NCBI GenBank assembly: GCA_951406725.2
Contig: OX597819.1
Span: 51,150,001-51,214,000 of the forward strand
Source of the DNA: Octopus vulgaris
Lineage: Eukaryota
Reading direction: 5' to 3'
Length of the DNA stretch: 64,000 nucleotides
The notes under the pieces are model-generated. The model worked only from the letters and a program-made list of their open reading frames with translations. It had not been told where the DNA came from and ran no database searches. Each line of letters starts with the position of its first letter. Position 1 is the first letter of the stretch. Positions 1-13,174 of the stretch are shown here, piece after piece. Both the position numbers and the translations under genes were made by a program.

Positions 1-32
<32 letters not shown>

Positions 33-34
<2 letters not shown>

Positions 35-198
35 TGTATCTATGAATTTTTGAGAAGCAGAGAGTCGGGGGGCGCTTTCTGTCTTCTCCCGTTTTTATCA
101 TCTTGTACTATTATCATTCGCCTCATTAATGTCTTGTCCAGCCCTCAAAGCCACATATCAATGTGCTGCCTTTATGGCAAATGATATAGAATAAAATA
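33..198 (+). mobile_element. 3' terminal fragment of the L1/Tx1-like element family seen at 54745-56378
   Basis: Shares TGTCTTCTCCC..TATCAT..ATCATTC.CCTCATTAATGT..TGTCCAGCCC.CAA..TGCCTTTATGGCAAA..AATAAA with 56240-56380. It is followed by the same SINE junction (AAGTAGCTTG). Confidence 0.8.
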
Positions 199-568
199 AA
201 GTAGCTTGCTCACCAACCGCATGGTTCTGGGTTCAGTCCCACTACGTGGCACCTTGGGCAAATGTCTTCTACTATAACCTCGGGCCGACCAAGGCCTTGT
301 GAGTGGATTTGGTAGACGGAAACTGAAAGAAGCCCGTCGTAAATATGCATATAAATATGTATGTTTGTGTGTGTATATGTTTGCGTGTCTGCGTTTGTCC
401 CCCAGCATCGCTTGTGTGTTTACGTCCCCGTAACTTAGCGATTCGGCAAAAGAGACCGATAGAATAAGTACTAGGCTTATAAAGAATAAGTCCTGGGGTC
501 GCTTTCTTCGACTAAAAGCCGTGCTCCAGCATGGCTACAGTCAAATCACTGAAAGAAATAAAAGAGTA
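199..568 (+). mobile_element. tRNA-derived SINE family A, 5' head cut at the insertion site
   Basis: B-box-like GGTTCAGTCCC, CORE-like CCTTGGGCAAATGTCTTCT, internal (TA/TG)n and tail GTGCTCCAGCATGGCTACAGTCAAATCACTGAAA. Colinear with the full copy at 39722-40212. Confidence 0.9.
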
Positions 569-1084
569 ATGTACACACACACACACACATACACACTAGA
601 CTTCGTCAACTTTTGCGCCTACTAAATTCCAGAAACGAGCATTAGTCGACCCGGAGACTACAAGAGCAGACACACGGACGAGATATCTCGCTACTTTAAT
701 AATGGAAACTACAAACATATAATGTATGAGATACTCAAAAAGTTTTCTGATGATACATGCTAATTACCTAATGAATTGATATTAACATATTTTATTTTGT
801 GAGCATTAAAATCAAATGATAATATTTTTGTAATGAAGGACGAAAAGCATGAGCTCAATTATTAATATTCCAATTGTTTGCCAAAACACGTTTCAGTTTT
901 ATTAAGACTTTCAGCAGCGCTTAACCAAAGCAATTAAGAACCAATGACTAACTGGACGGGCAACTTTGTACACGTGTAGGAATGGAAATTCGGCATATTA
1001 ACAACGAAGTTCATCATTGAGGTCATCTGCTCAGAATTACCATCTGTCTACAGAACAATAGTTTAGTTAATGCTCTATTTTTTT

Positions 1085-1409
1085 TTTACTTGCAGTCACT
1101 GGACTGTGCCATACTGGGCCATCGTCTTTGAGTATTTTAGCCGAACAAATCAAACCAGTACTTAGCCTTTTAAAGTCTGGTACATTTATCAGCCGCTATT
1201 TGACAAAACGCTGCCATAAACGTGAAATAACGAACAGTCACTGGGTGTGTGTCTGTTTACGCAGAATTAGCTGTGTTGTTAGAAGCTTGCTTCCCAACCA
1301 TATGGTTCTGAGTGGGTTCAGTCCTTTGAGCAAGTGTCTTCTAATAAAGCCCCGGGCTAACCAAAATCTTGTGAATAGATTTGGTAGGCGGAAACTGAAA
1401 GCAGCCAGT

Positions 1410-1472
<63 letters not shown>

Positions 1473-1735
1473 GTGTGTGTATGTATATATATATATATAT
1501 ATATATGTATTTATGTGTGTTTACACCACCACCAGCATCATTAGAAAACCGATGTTAGGTGTTTATGTCTCCGTAACTTAGCAGTTAGGAATAAGGGACT
1601 GGTAGAATATGTACTAGGCTTACAAAGAATAAATGCTGAGGTCAATTTCTTCGACCAAAAAATCAACCATTTCAGGTGGTGGTCTAGCATGGCCGCAGTC
1701 AATTGAGTGAAACAGCAAGAAGAATAAAAGTATAA
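1085..1735. mobile_element. two diverged SINE-A pieces: minus-strand tail (about 1085-1240) and plus-strand copy (about 1270-1735)
   Basis: AGAAGCTTGCTTCCCAACCATATGGTT head, GATTTGGTAGGCGGAAACTGAAAG body and CTAGCATGGCCGCAGTCAATTGAGTGAAAC tail. Confidence 0.8.
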
Positions 1736-1763
1736 AACAATACACACACACATGCATATATGC

Positions 1764-1883
<120 letters not shown>

Positions 1884-1984
1884 GTTTATGAATTTGTGTT
1901 GTAAAATTCCGGATGTGATACCGTGTGTTGAAACAGGTATTGTTATATTTTGGAATGGTCCTTCTTTTCACCGAATATTTGGAA

Positions 1985-3179
<1,195 letters not shown>

Positions 3180-3330
3180 GAGAAAAACAGAAGACGAAGA
3201 CAGGTGAATAAACAACAAGCAGGTGTATTAGTTTGACGCTCGGGAAGGTGAAAAAGTCTTTTACGTTTCCAGCTTACACTCTTGAACAGAAATGATCACG
3301 TGGAAATAAAGAGGAGTTAGTGGGCAATCA
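3180..3330 (-). mobile_element. short repeat with a degenerate hammerhead-like motif (same family as 14785-14910)
   Basis: Reverse complement aligns to 14788-14905 (GAAACGTAAAAGACTTTTTCACCTTCCCGAGCGTCAAACTAATACACCTG). Confidence 0.75.
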
Positions 3331-3510
3331 TGACGATTGTTTTATCCTGCTACACTTCGGATTTAATTCTACCTAAAATTTCCGCACCTCTCCTTAACTA
3401 CCCACCAGCATTCCACCCGGAGTACTACTGGATATACATATGGAGTTCACTAGACTCTTCCGTTGATGAAAAATCGGTGTGTATATATATATATATATAT
3501 ATATATTACA

Positions 3511-3596
3511 GGCATATATCGTAGTAGTTACGAGCGCGGGCTTCTAACACTAAGATTCCGAGTTCAACTCCAGGCAGTGAACTGAATAATAATAAT

Positions 3597-3655
<59 letters not shown>

Positions 3656-3785
3656 TAATATCATCGAAATTAACCTTAGGAATCAGAACCCAGGTTCGAA
3701 ATTTCCCAAGACACCTAATGAAGGCTAGAGGTTGTATCAGCCGAAACGTTAAAAACAAACATGATCATGACAAATATCCTTGAGA
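3511..3785 (+). mobile_element. tRNA-headed SINE with internal (AAT)n and a hammerhead-like motif
   Basis: Head GGCATATATCGTAGTAGTTACGAGCGCGGGCTTCTAACACTAAGATTCCGAGTTCAACTCC, (AAT)n, then GACAC-CTAATGA-AGGCTA..CAGCC-GAAACGTT. Homologous to 12667-12935. Confidence 0.75.
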
Positions 3786-3791
3786 TGGAAA

Positions 3792-3868
<77 letters not shown>

Positions 3869-3879
3869 CACGTGACACC

Positions 3880-4035
3880 ACACAGTCTCCGTGAACCAAA
3901 TTCACTTAGAAAGCATTGGTGCGTATTTGGAAATAGTAGAAGATATTTGCCCAAGCAGCCATGCAGTGCGATTGAACCGGAAATCAGGTAGATGCAAAGC
4001 GACCTTGTGCAGCACAGAACCATGCCTGCGCCTAT
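3880..4035 (-). mobile_element. diverged SINE-A head/body fragment
   Basis: Reverse complement matches the GGCGCAGG..GG head and GGGCAAATATCTTCTACTAT. Confidence 0.65.
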
Positions 4036-4655
4036 TTTAACATGTTTAAGATAGTGAACAGCAGAAACAAAAAAAATACAAACATTAGACGCAGAGCGAA
4101 AAAAAAGTACAGCCACGGCAACATTAAACAATGCAATGACATAATAAATATATAGAGTTAATGGAATATTTCTATGTATACATTGACTAAGCGGTCTCTG
4201 TTTTAAGGTACAATACTCGCTGAATGGCTAAAAGAATTTTCATAATTTCGGATATTGAGTAAGTTTCAATAACTGCTTGAACATTGCAAATAATGTAAAA
4301 CAAGGAATGGCGTACGTGTAAACTGATAAAGGATGGTATAATATACGCCATCATGGCCCCGAAAACCAAAAGGAACAAAAAATGGATCGGAGGTAATATA
4401 AGCAGCTATTATATGATTTATTAAAACAAAATTCTTTCCTGTTTTGTGGGCGATGGATTCCAGAAACGTCAACAGTTATTATCTTTGGTAACAAGGATTG
4501 GTAGCGGAAGAGAATGGAATTTGGCAACAAAAAAATATATGTGAATGCACAATAATTTTTTTTTATTATGTATATGCGTGTGTGTTGGATTCCGTGTATG
4601 TATATGTGCTTACATATCAGTATATAGATATGTATATATGTCTATGTAGAAATAA

Positions 4656-4736
<81 letters not shown>

Positions 4737-4799
4737 TATATACATATATATATATATATATGTATATACACACATATATATATACATGCATACACGCGC

Positions 4800-4857
<58 letters not shown>

Positions 4858-4955
4858 GCACATATATATACACATATACACATATACATGGCTATAACGG
4901 CAGTTTATGTTTCGAAGGCCATATAGATGTTATGAATCTCAGCGGACATTTTTGC

Positions 4956-4989
<34 letters not shown>

Positions 4990-5493
4990 ACACACACATA
5001 CACACAAACACATGTACATTCACAAACACACAACACACACACACATACACATACACACACACATACACACACATATATAGTTATATATATATATTATACT
5101 TAACAACGCATTCGCACACGCATATGTGTGAATATACGTATACATACATATACATACACTCACATGTATATATGTGAATATGTGCATGTTTGCGTGTATG
5201 TGTGTGCTCACGTGCGTGTGTAACGTTTGGATTAGCGCCTTAGTTAATGTTGGCATATATCACAAATATTGTTTCAAATCTTTTTTTTGTTATATTTTTA
5301 TACTCTGGCAACGAGTTTTCATCTTTCCCCTAAATCTAACTGAATATGAAAAAAAAAAAAAGCGTTGATAGAGTTATCATTGGCATATTCTCTATTTACT
5401 TATTGTCAATGCATTTCGTTATTTCTCTCTCTCTTTTTTTTTTTTTTTTACACCGCCGCAATGGTCGGGAAAGTATGTTTAAGCACAAAAGCT

Positions 5494-5805
5494 ATGATGA
5501 CGATGAGGATGATGAGGATGATGATGATGAGGATGATGATGATGATGAGGAGGAGGAGGAGGAGGAGGAGGATGAGGAGGAGGAGGAGGAGTTGGAGGAT
5601 TGCTGCTGCTGCTGTGATGATGATAAGATAATGATGATGATGATGATGATGATGATGTTGGTGATGATGAAGGTGACGACGACGACGATGATGATGATTG
5701 AAATAAGTTTCTTTCTAACTCTCCGTCTCGTCGTCGTCGTTGTCATCATCATAATAATCATCATCATTTTCATCATAATCATCTTCATCGTCATCATCAT
5801 CATCG

Positions 5806-5837
<32 letters not shown>

Positions 5838-5854
5838 GTCATCATCATCATCGT

Positions 5855-5900
<46 letters not shown>

Positions 5901-6030
5901 GTCATCATCGTCGTCATCGTCGTCGTCATCATCAGCCGCAGCAGCAGCAGTAACAACTTGGTGCAGATCGTGATTGTGATTGTGGCGATTATGAATATCT
6001 TGATAAAAGAGACGATGATGAAAATGATGA
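5494..6030. repeat. compound trinucleotide repeat (GAT/GAG/CAT/CGT/CAG)
   Basis: Visible runs of gat, gag, cat and cgt. The overlapping ORFs are homopolymeric. Confidence 0.95.
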
Positions 6031-6054
6031 AAGCTGGTAGAGGTCATACATGCA

Positions 6055-6130
<76 letters not shown>

Positions 6131-6239
6131 GAGAGAGAGAGAGAGAGAGAGATCCAAATATTCTCAGTTAAAACCTAAGACCGTTATTCAACTGCACAAT
6201 GTTTACATATGTATTTATTATATATATGTGTATATATAC

Positions 6240-6612
6240 TCTTTAACTCTTTTACTTGTTTCAGTCATTTGACTGCGGCCATGCTTGAGCTCCGACTTTT
6301 AGTCGAGCAAATCGACCCCAGGCCTTATATTTTGTAAGCCTAGTACTTATTCTATCGGTCTCGTCAAGCGATGTTGGGGGGGGGACAAACACAGACACAC
6401 AAACATATACACACACATACATATATATATATACGTTTACATATATATACGACGGGCTTCTTTCAGTTTCCGTCTACCAAATTCACTCACAAGAGTTTGG
6501 TCGGCCAGAGACTATAGTAGAAGACACTGGTCCAAGGTGCCACGCAGTGGGAATAAACCCAAAATCTTATGGTTGGTAAGCAAGCTACTTACCACACACC
6601 CAGTCCTATGCC
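6240..6612 (-). mobile_element. SINE-A copy with internal deletion
   Basis: CTCTTTTACTTGTTTCAGTCATTTGACTGCGGCCATGC tail through GGTTGGTAAGCAAGCTACTTACCACAC head (reverse complement). Confidence 0.9.
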
Positions 6613-6634
6613 TATATACACACACACAAAAAAC

Positions 6635-6780
<146 letters not shown>

Positions 6781-7008
6781 AAATGGAACAAGAGCGCAAA
6801 ACATCCGGACAGTTAGGTGATGCAAGAATGAGACCACATACCATACAGACAGACGATACAAAGAAGCCAAGGACGGGTCATTCGATGTTTGCTTTCCTCA
6901 GTCGAGTACCAGATTATCTTCGCGATTTCGGCTGATTATACTTGAGATTGCTCCAATCTAGCCAGCTCCAAGGAAAAACTAAGCTAAGAGCATTAATATG
7001 TATGTATG

Positions 7009-7086
<78 letters not shown>

Positions 7087-7089
7087 CCT

Positions 7090-7185
<96 letters not shown>

Positions 7186-7698
7186 AAGACGTGTTGCTTT
7201 GCTCTGTGATAAAAAAAAGAAAAAGGTTTGCATAAATCGACGAAATAATCGGCGAAAACTCATAAAAAGCGTAGAACTTGCTATCTCATAGCGGTGTACT
7301 ATGATATTTTAGTTAAAAACCGCAATATATTTCGCTACAAGCCAAATATATTACACTAAAGTTAATTACGCACAACAGATTCCCCGTCGAACAAAGCACG
7401 TCGTGACATATTTTAAATTTATTTCAAGTCGACTCTAACTGCAAAAAGAACCGTTTTTCTTTTCTTTTTTTTGAAAAAACCTCTTCGTATAGGGAGAAGA
7501 TTTTGGGACTTCTACCTCTTATAAGATAAGTACCACTTTTCATTTATTTATTTTCCCGTAATTCAATGTAAGGGCCTATTCTCTGTTTACATTCTGTAAT
7601 AATCTTTCGGTTTCTGTTTTAGCTCCGTTACATCTATTTATTTATATATTTATTTGTTACTTTGTTTATATATGTGTATGTGCATGTATATGTATGTG

Positions 7699-7787
<89 letters not shown>

Positions 7788-8006
7788 GTGTGTGTTAGAA
7801 GCATAGTCGCAATTAGTTTAGTTTAGAAGAAATTGTCTGTAGCTACGGACAGATATATATTCATTTTCTATTTCTTCTCTCTCTCTCTCTGTCTCTTCAC
7901 TTCTCTCCCTCGCGCCTTCTCTCTCTATTTCTTCTCTACCCTCTATCGCACTATTACATTAATATAAATTAATATAATTAGATAGATAAATAAATAAAAT
8001 ATCAAA

Positions 8007-8945
8007 ATGTCCAGAACCTGGAGAAGTAACGAATTAGCGTTGTTCCTGAGAGCCTGGTAATGCGTCGACGGAGATAATCCGAACAATATAATTACAGCTG
8101 CGCTGAAGAGCAGTGGATATAAAAGAACGATAGCGCAGATAGAGCGAAAAAAGCAGGAGTTTATACGCTCCTATGCACTCATAAGATCTCATATTGGCAC
8201 GCTTGTTGCCATCTTTGACAACGAACAAAGTAAAGATGGCAAGGATGAAGGCGCGGGTGCTAATGAAAGATGTCACTCCCACTTGGTAAACACCCAGGAA
8301 GAAGATTCAAGTGAGAAACCTGCCCGGGAAGAAAACCCAAGTGTAAGTGCTCCTACCAGCACCAAAAGCCATGGAGATGAAAGAGCCAAAAAAGAAATAA
8401 AAGGAGGAAAAACTAAAAGAAGAACAAAAGATGAAACAGCTAAAGATGGAAAAACTAAAACTCAAACAAAACCAAAAGATGAAACAGCCAAGGATAGAAG
8501 CAAACCTGACTATCCATGTACCAAAAGGGATAGAAACAGACAGCGCACAAGAATATGTAAATTCTACATGAAAGGTGACTGCTGGCATGGAGAGGAAGGT
8601 GCAGACCGCCGTTTTGCACATCAAAGACCCCGCCACATAAACTGGAAACAGGTCAGAAACCAACTACCAAAAGGAAAAGGAATGGACCACGCACCACCTG
8701 CCCCAAAACGGAGGTACGCAGATGTGGTGCATGCTACAAACCGCCAAAATGTTATTGAAAGGGCAGCTGCTGAACAAGAATCTTTTTTGTGCATGGCACA
8801 AAATATTGTACCGCAGCTAACCTAGCTCCATCAAACTCAAACTCGCAGATGGGACTATCCACAATACACAAGACCGCCACAGCAAATAGACCCAAGGTGG
8901 ACACTGCCGGCAACAGCATACACCTCACCTCGATGCTCCTACTGA
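8007..8945 (+). pseudogene. LINE ORF1: N-terminal Myb/SANT(trihelix)-like domain, K/E-rich linker, CCCH-type zinc finger
   Basis: ATG 8007 is in frame with ORF 8283-8825 (92 codons upstream, one TAA at codon 18): MSRTWRSNELALFLRAW*...ITAALKSSGYKRTIAQIERKKQEFIRSY. CKFYMKGDCWHGEEGADRRFAH is a CCCH finger with the third Cys read as Arg. TAG at 8823 is probably premature. Confidence 0.7.
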
Positions 8946-11888
8946 ACATCAGAGGACTGCTAACACTCAGTAATAGGACAAAAATCCCGTTCTAGAGAGA
9001 CTTTGTTGCATGCAATCAAGCCTTATGCATAGCACTTACGGAAACGCACATGAAACCGGACATAGCAGATGCGGAATTACACATACCACAGTATGTTGTA
9101 CTACGGACCGACAGAAAAGAAAGGAGTCATGGAGGAGTTGCTATGTACATCCGTGAGGACCTCACACCCCAGGTTCTTTTGTCATACTCAAACTCGGTGT
9201 GTGACACACTAATTGTACATATAAGGCAACTTGGTGTAGTTGTGTGTGCTACATATCGCCCTCCAGATGCCCCAAGCCATGTAGGCAAGTTTGAAGACTG
9301 CCTAATAAAAATAGAAGTTCTAGTCACATTAGAACAACACATAATTGTACTTCTTATGGGAGACTTCAATCTACCCAATGTCAGATGGCCCGAGGGCCTT
9401 TCTCTCCCAGAAATGACACGATGTGAACGAGGACAGGCGAGGTCCCTCCTGAACCTCATCAACACCCTGTACATGGAGCAAGTAATACTCCAACCAACCA
9501 AGGCAGGTAACATACTGGATCTCTGCTTCACAAATAATATGGATCTCATCCATAATGTGAAGGTGACACCGTCACTACTCTCGGATCACAACATGGTAGA
9601 GCTGACCATGTACGGGCCAAAGGAAAGCATGGACATGCAGCCTACAAGAAACTCTTAGAATCTTTCCAGCTTGAACTTCCATAAGGCAAACTGGAAACAA
9701 ATTGAGAAAGAGATCCTCAAACAAAACTGGCCTGAATGTCTCTCCTCGCCAGACATCGACATGAAACTTCAACAATTCATGTCTGTAATGCAAGCCATAT
9801 GCTACAAATGTGTTCCAGAGACAAAGGCCACTGTACACAAGAACGAAATCCCCAGAGAGAGGAAAATTCTAATGAGACGGCGTACAAAAGTTTCAAATCG
9901 CCTAAACAAACAAATTGAAAGCAGTGAAATTCCCGTCTGAAAATAAAGCTGTTGGAAATTGAAAAATGTCTGCAACTCTCCCATGAAAAGGAAAGAGCAG
10001 ACAAAGAAGCCTGGGCTATAGACAACATAAAATCTAACCCCAGAGCTTTCTACAGGTATGCCAAAGAAACAGCTACGGTGCACTGTAGGATAGGGCCACT
10101 CCTTGAAAAGGATGGCACACTCACAGGAAATCAATGAGGGTAAGTGAAATACTAAATGAGCAATTAAAGAGTGTTTTCACTCCACCCCTTGGGCATTTCC
10201 AAATCAGCAATCCAACTGACTTCTTTATCACTGCAGATATAAAATCAGAGGCAGCGATGATTGATTACATCAATGTAAAGGAAGACGATGTAATAAAGGC
10301 TATTGATGAAATGAAAACAAACTCAGCTACTGGCCCCGATGGATTCCCGGCAATCCTTCTAAAAGTATGTAAGAGAGTCCTAGCAAGACCACTGCAGTTC
10401 CTCTTTCAGAGCTTCCTTGCAACTGGCAAACTTCCAAGAAAACTGAAGGAAGGTAAAATATGCCCTATTCATAAAAGAGCTAGCAGAGCGGAGGCCAAGA
10501 ACTACAGACCTATCTCTCTGACCTTACACATCAGCAAGGTCATGGAACGAATAGTCAGAAGGAAACTAATCACCTTCCGTGAAGAAAATGACTTGCTGTC
10601 CGACACCCAACATGGTTTCCGACCAGGAAGAAGCTGCTTAACTCAGCTCCTACAACACTATGACTGGGTGCTGAAACGTCTGCTCAACCACTCAAATGTG
10701 GAAGTGATATATCTCGACTTTGCAAAGGCCTTTGATAAAGTCGATCATGGAATGATATGTCACAAACTGCGTGATCTTGGCATAGTTGGAAAATTGGGAG
10801 AATGGCTTCATGACTTTCTGAAGGATAGAAGTCAGGTAGTAGTAGCCAATGGGGCCACTTCCATTAACACGCAAATAGTGAGCGGTGTTCCGCAGGGCAC
10901 TGTTTTGGGACCGCTACTGTTCATAATGGCCCTCTCAGACATGCCCTCAGCCACGCAGAGAGCCACGATCACAAGTTATGCAGATGATACAAAAGTTTCA
11001 CAGGCAATACAGAACCCCGAAGACACTAAGCACCTGCAATGTGAGCATGACAAAATATACAAGTGGGCTGAAAAGAATAGCATGCAGTTCAATGCTGAAA
11101 AGTTTCAAGCTTTATGCTATCAACATGCAAAACTAAATGCAATACCCAATAAATACACTGGACCTGGAGGGATTGCAATCCCAGAGGCACAATCAGTGCG
11201 TGATCTTGGTATTTACATGAGTGATGACGCAACCTTTCATGTACATGTTGCTAAATTGGCAATGAAATGTAGACGGCTGGCCGGATGGATTCTTAGAACC
11301 TTTAGAACAAAAGACCAAGAAACCATGATGGTCCTCTGGAGGACACTTGTCCTAAGCCACTTTGACTATTGCTCTCAGCTATGGTCACCATCCAGTGTCA
11401 AGTTGATCACAGAACTTGAGGCAAACCAACGAAGCTACACGAAGAAGATAGCCTTTGTGCAGCATATAAGCTACTGGGAAAGACTCAAGAGATTAAAACT
11501 CTATTCCTTGGAGCGTAGGCGAGAAAGATATGCCATAATATACATCTGGAAGATCCTAGAAGGACTTGTCCCAAACTTTGGCATCGAGAGTTACACAAAT
11601 GCCAGAACTAGGCGCCACTGCGTGTTGCCAAGGACTCCAAATTTGCCATCAAGATGTAGGACAAGATACTGTGATAGCCTGGGCTTCAGAGGCCCACAGC
11701 TCTTCAATATCCTCCCGAAGAACCTGAGAGACCTGCATGGGGTGGATGCGGATGTCTTTAAAGTAGGACTGGATCTCTTCCTGTCAGGCGTCCCGGATGA
11801 CCCAACTTCACGGCAGGAGGTGCAGATGAGGGCAGCTGCATCGAACTCTCTCATGCACCAAATGGCAGTTGCTAAAAAGCATTCGTGA
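8930..11888 (+). pseudogene. LINE ORF2: apurinic endonuclease + reverse transcriptase (stops at about 8993 and 9656, frameshifts at about 9935 and 10130)
   Basis: APE motifs LNIRGL, TETH, GGVAMY, YRPP, GDFNLP, LDLCF, SDH. RT motifs GPDGFP, NYRPISLT, QHGFRPGRSC, YLDFAKAFDKVDH, SGVPQGTVLGPLLF, YADD. C-terminal LYSLERRRERY. Confidence 0.95.
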
Positions 11889-11965
11889 AGTAAAATCATG
11901 TAGCAACACCAAATGGCGGTGCCCCAGCATGGCCACAGCTCGTGAGCTGAAACTAGATAAAATAA

Positions 11966-12036
<71 letters not shown>

Positions 12037-12169
12037 CATACACATACATCATACACACCTACAAGCAAATAAAGTATGTATATACAGACACATACTTACA
12101 GATAAATACACACAAACAAGTATATATATATTCAGCTAACTAGTGACCACTATAAACAGGGTGACTTAA

Positions 12170-12490
12170 TGTTCATGGAGTTGGAACATCACTATACGTT
12201 ATTCCGAAATTTAAATCAAGATATAACAACCACCTTTCGAATTTTAGGCACCGCGATGATACATTCAACGACCCTTTTTATTGTAATCTGGAGGCTTAAA
12301 GACAAAGGAATCAGCTTCGTCATCAAATGGAGAATCCTCTCCAAAGCCAAACCCCTTATCAACGCGTCAAAAGTATTTTCAATATGTTCTCTTGAATATC
12401 TATATCTCTTAAAGAACTTGACACCTTCCAATAGTTACATAACTTCCAGTTTTGTGAATGTTCACATTCGAAGATATCCACCTTGATGGA
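12170..12490 (+). pseudogene. Penelope-like element GIY-YIG endonuclease remnant
   Basis: Two frames join to give FKSRYNNHLSNFRHRD / HSTTLFIVIWRLKDKGISFVIKWRILSKAKPLINASKVFSICSLEYLYLL. This resembles the FKxRYxxH...IWxLK...IKWxI...CxLE pattern I recall for PLE GIY-YIG domains. Confidence 0.7.
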
Positions 12491-12564
12491 ATTTATAAAT
12501 AGAGCACCAGACATATAGTAAACAATTACCATCTTACAGTTCTATAATTAAGAGATGAGGAATT

Positions 12565-12935
12565 ATGTACATTATTTACATTATTTACATTATTTACATT
12601 CGACGGATATTTGCCCTCATCTTGTTTGTTAATCACTACATCTTAACCACTACACCATATGCCCGTGGGCATATGTATAGCGGTTAAGAGCGCGGGCTAC
12701 TAACCGCAAGATTCCGAATTCGATTCTAAGCAGTTACCTGAACAACAACAGCAACACCAACAACAATAATAATAATTATAATAATAACATCAAAAAATAA
12801 CTTAGGAATGAGAACTCAGGTTCGAAATTTTCCCGAGATACCTGAAGAAGGCTGGAGGGTATATCAGCCGAAAGGTTGTGTTAACAACAAACAAGATGAG
12901 GAACAAATATCCGTCGAATGTAAATAATGTAAATG
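12565..12935. mobile_element. head-to-head inverted dimer of the tRNA-headed hammerhead SINE (left arm internally deleted; complete + arm at 12667-12935)
   Basis: Central palindrome TCTTAACCACTACACCATATGCCC-GT-GGGCATATGTATAGCGGTTAAGA. Outer inverted repeat: about 12580-12631 versus 12885-12935. Confidence 0.8.
12837..12882 (+). ncRNA. minimal type I hammerhead ribozyme motif
   Basis: GATAC-CTGAAGA-A-GGCTG(gagggtatat)CAGCC-GAAA-GG-TT-GTGTT. Core and stem II are intact. The stem III palindrome (AACGTT in the 3743 copy) is mutated here. Confidence 0.7.
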
Positions 12936-13174
12936 GTTTAAATTACCATTGTGTTCACATCTTTTGAAATGGGTTCCGAAATGAGATAACGGTGGTTATC
13001 TCGCTTGTGTTTTTCTTTGTCTTCTTCCTCACCAGTGATCCCTTTTTAAACATAATCTGCTTTAAAGCAACTGACACACGGTCTTGTTATTAGCTTCAAA
13101 AATGGTGAAATAAATTATTGTTTCGACCAGGAAACCCCGGGCAGTATTTAACAAGATTTGCGATTTTTATTCTG

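Larger units (their letters stand above)
7796..11970 (+). mobile_element. near full-length CR1-group LINE (APE-RT), mildly decayed
   Basis: Putative 5'UTR, ORF1 from ATG 8007, overlapping ORF2 with APE and RT motifs, short 3'UTR ending in (TAAAA)n, flanked by (TG)n and (TA)n. The 5' boundary is approximate and no TSD is resolvable. Confidence 0.92.

Noticed and set aside
5346-6272. 308 aa acidic/hydrophobic ORF
   Set aside because: Made of GAT/GAG/CAT/TA repeats; not a credible protein.
9127-9549. Antisense ORFs over the LINE (also 8307-8663, 9802-10134, 11591-12058)
   Set aside because: Shadow frames of the LINE coding strand.
12667-12735. Possible tRNA gene (anticodon-like CT-ACT-AA loop); likewise the heads at 32710-32784 and 35290-35364
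   Set aside because: These are SINE heads: no proper acceptor stem, and they continue into repeat bodies found in several copies.
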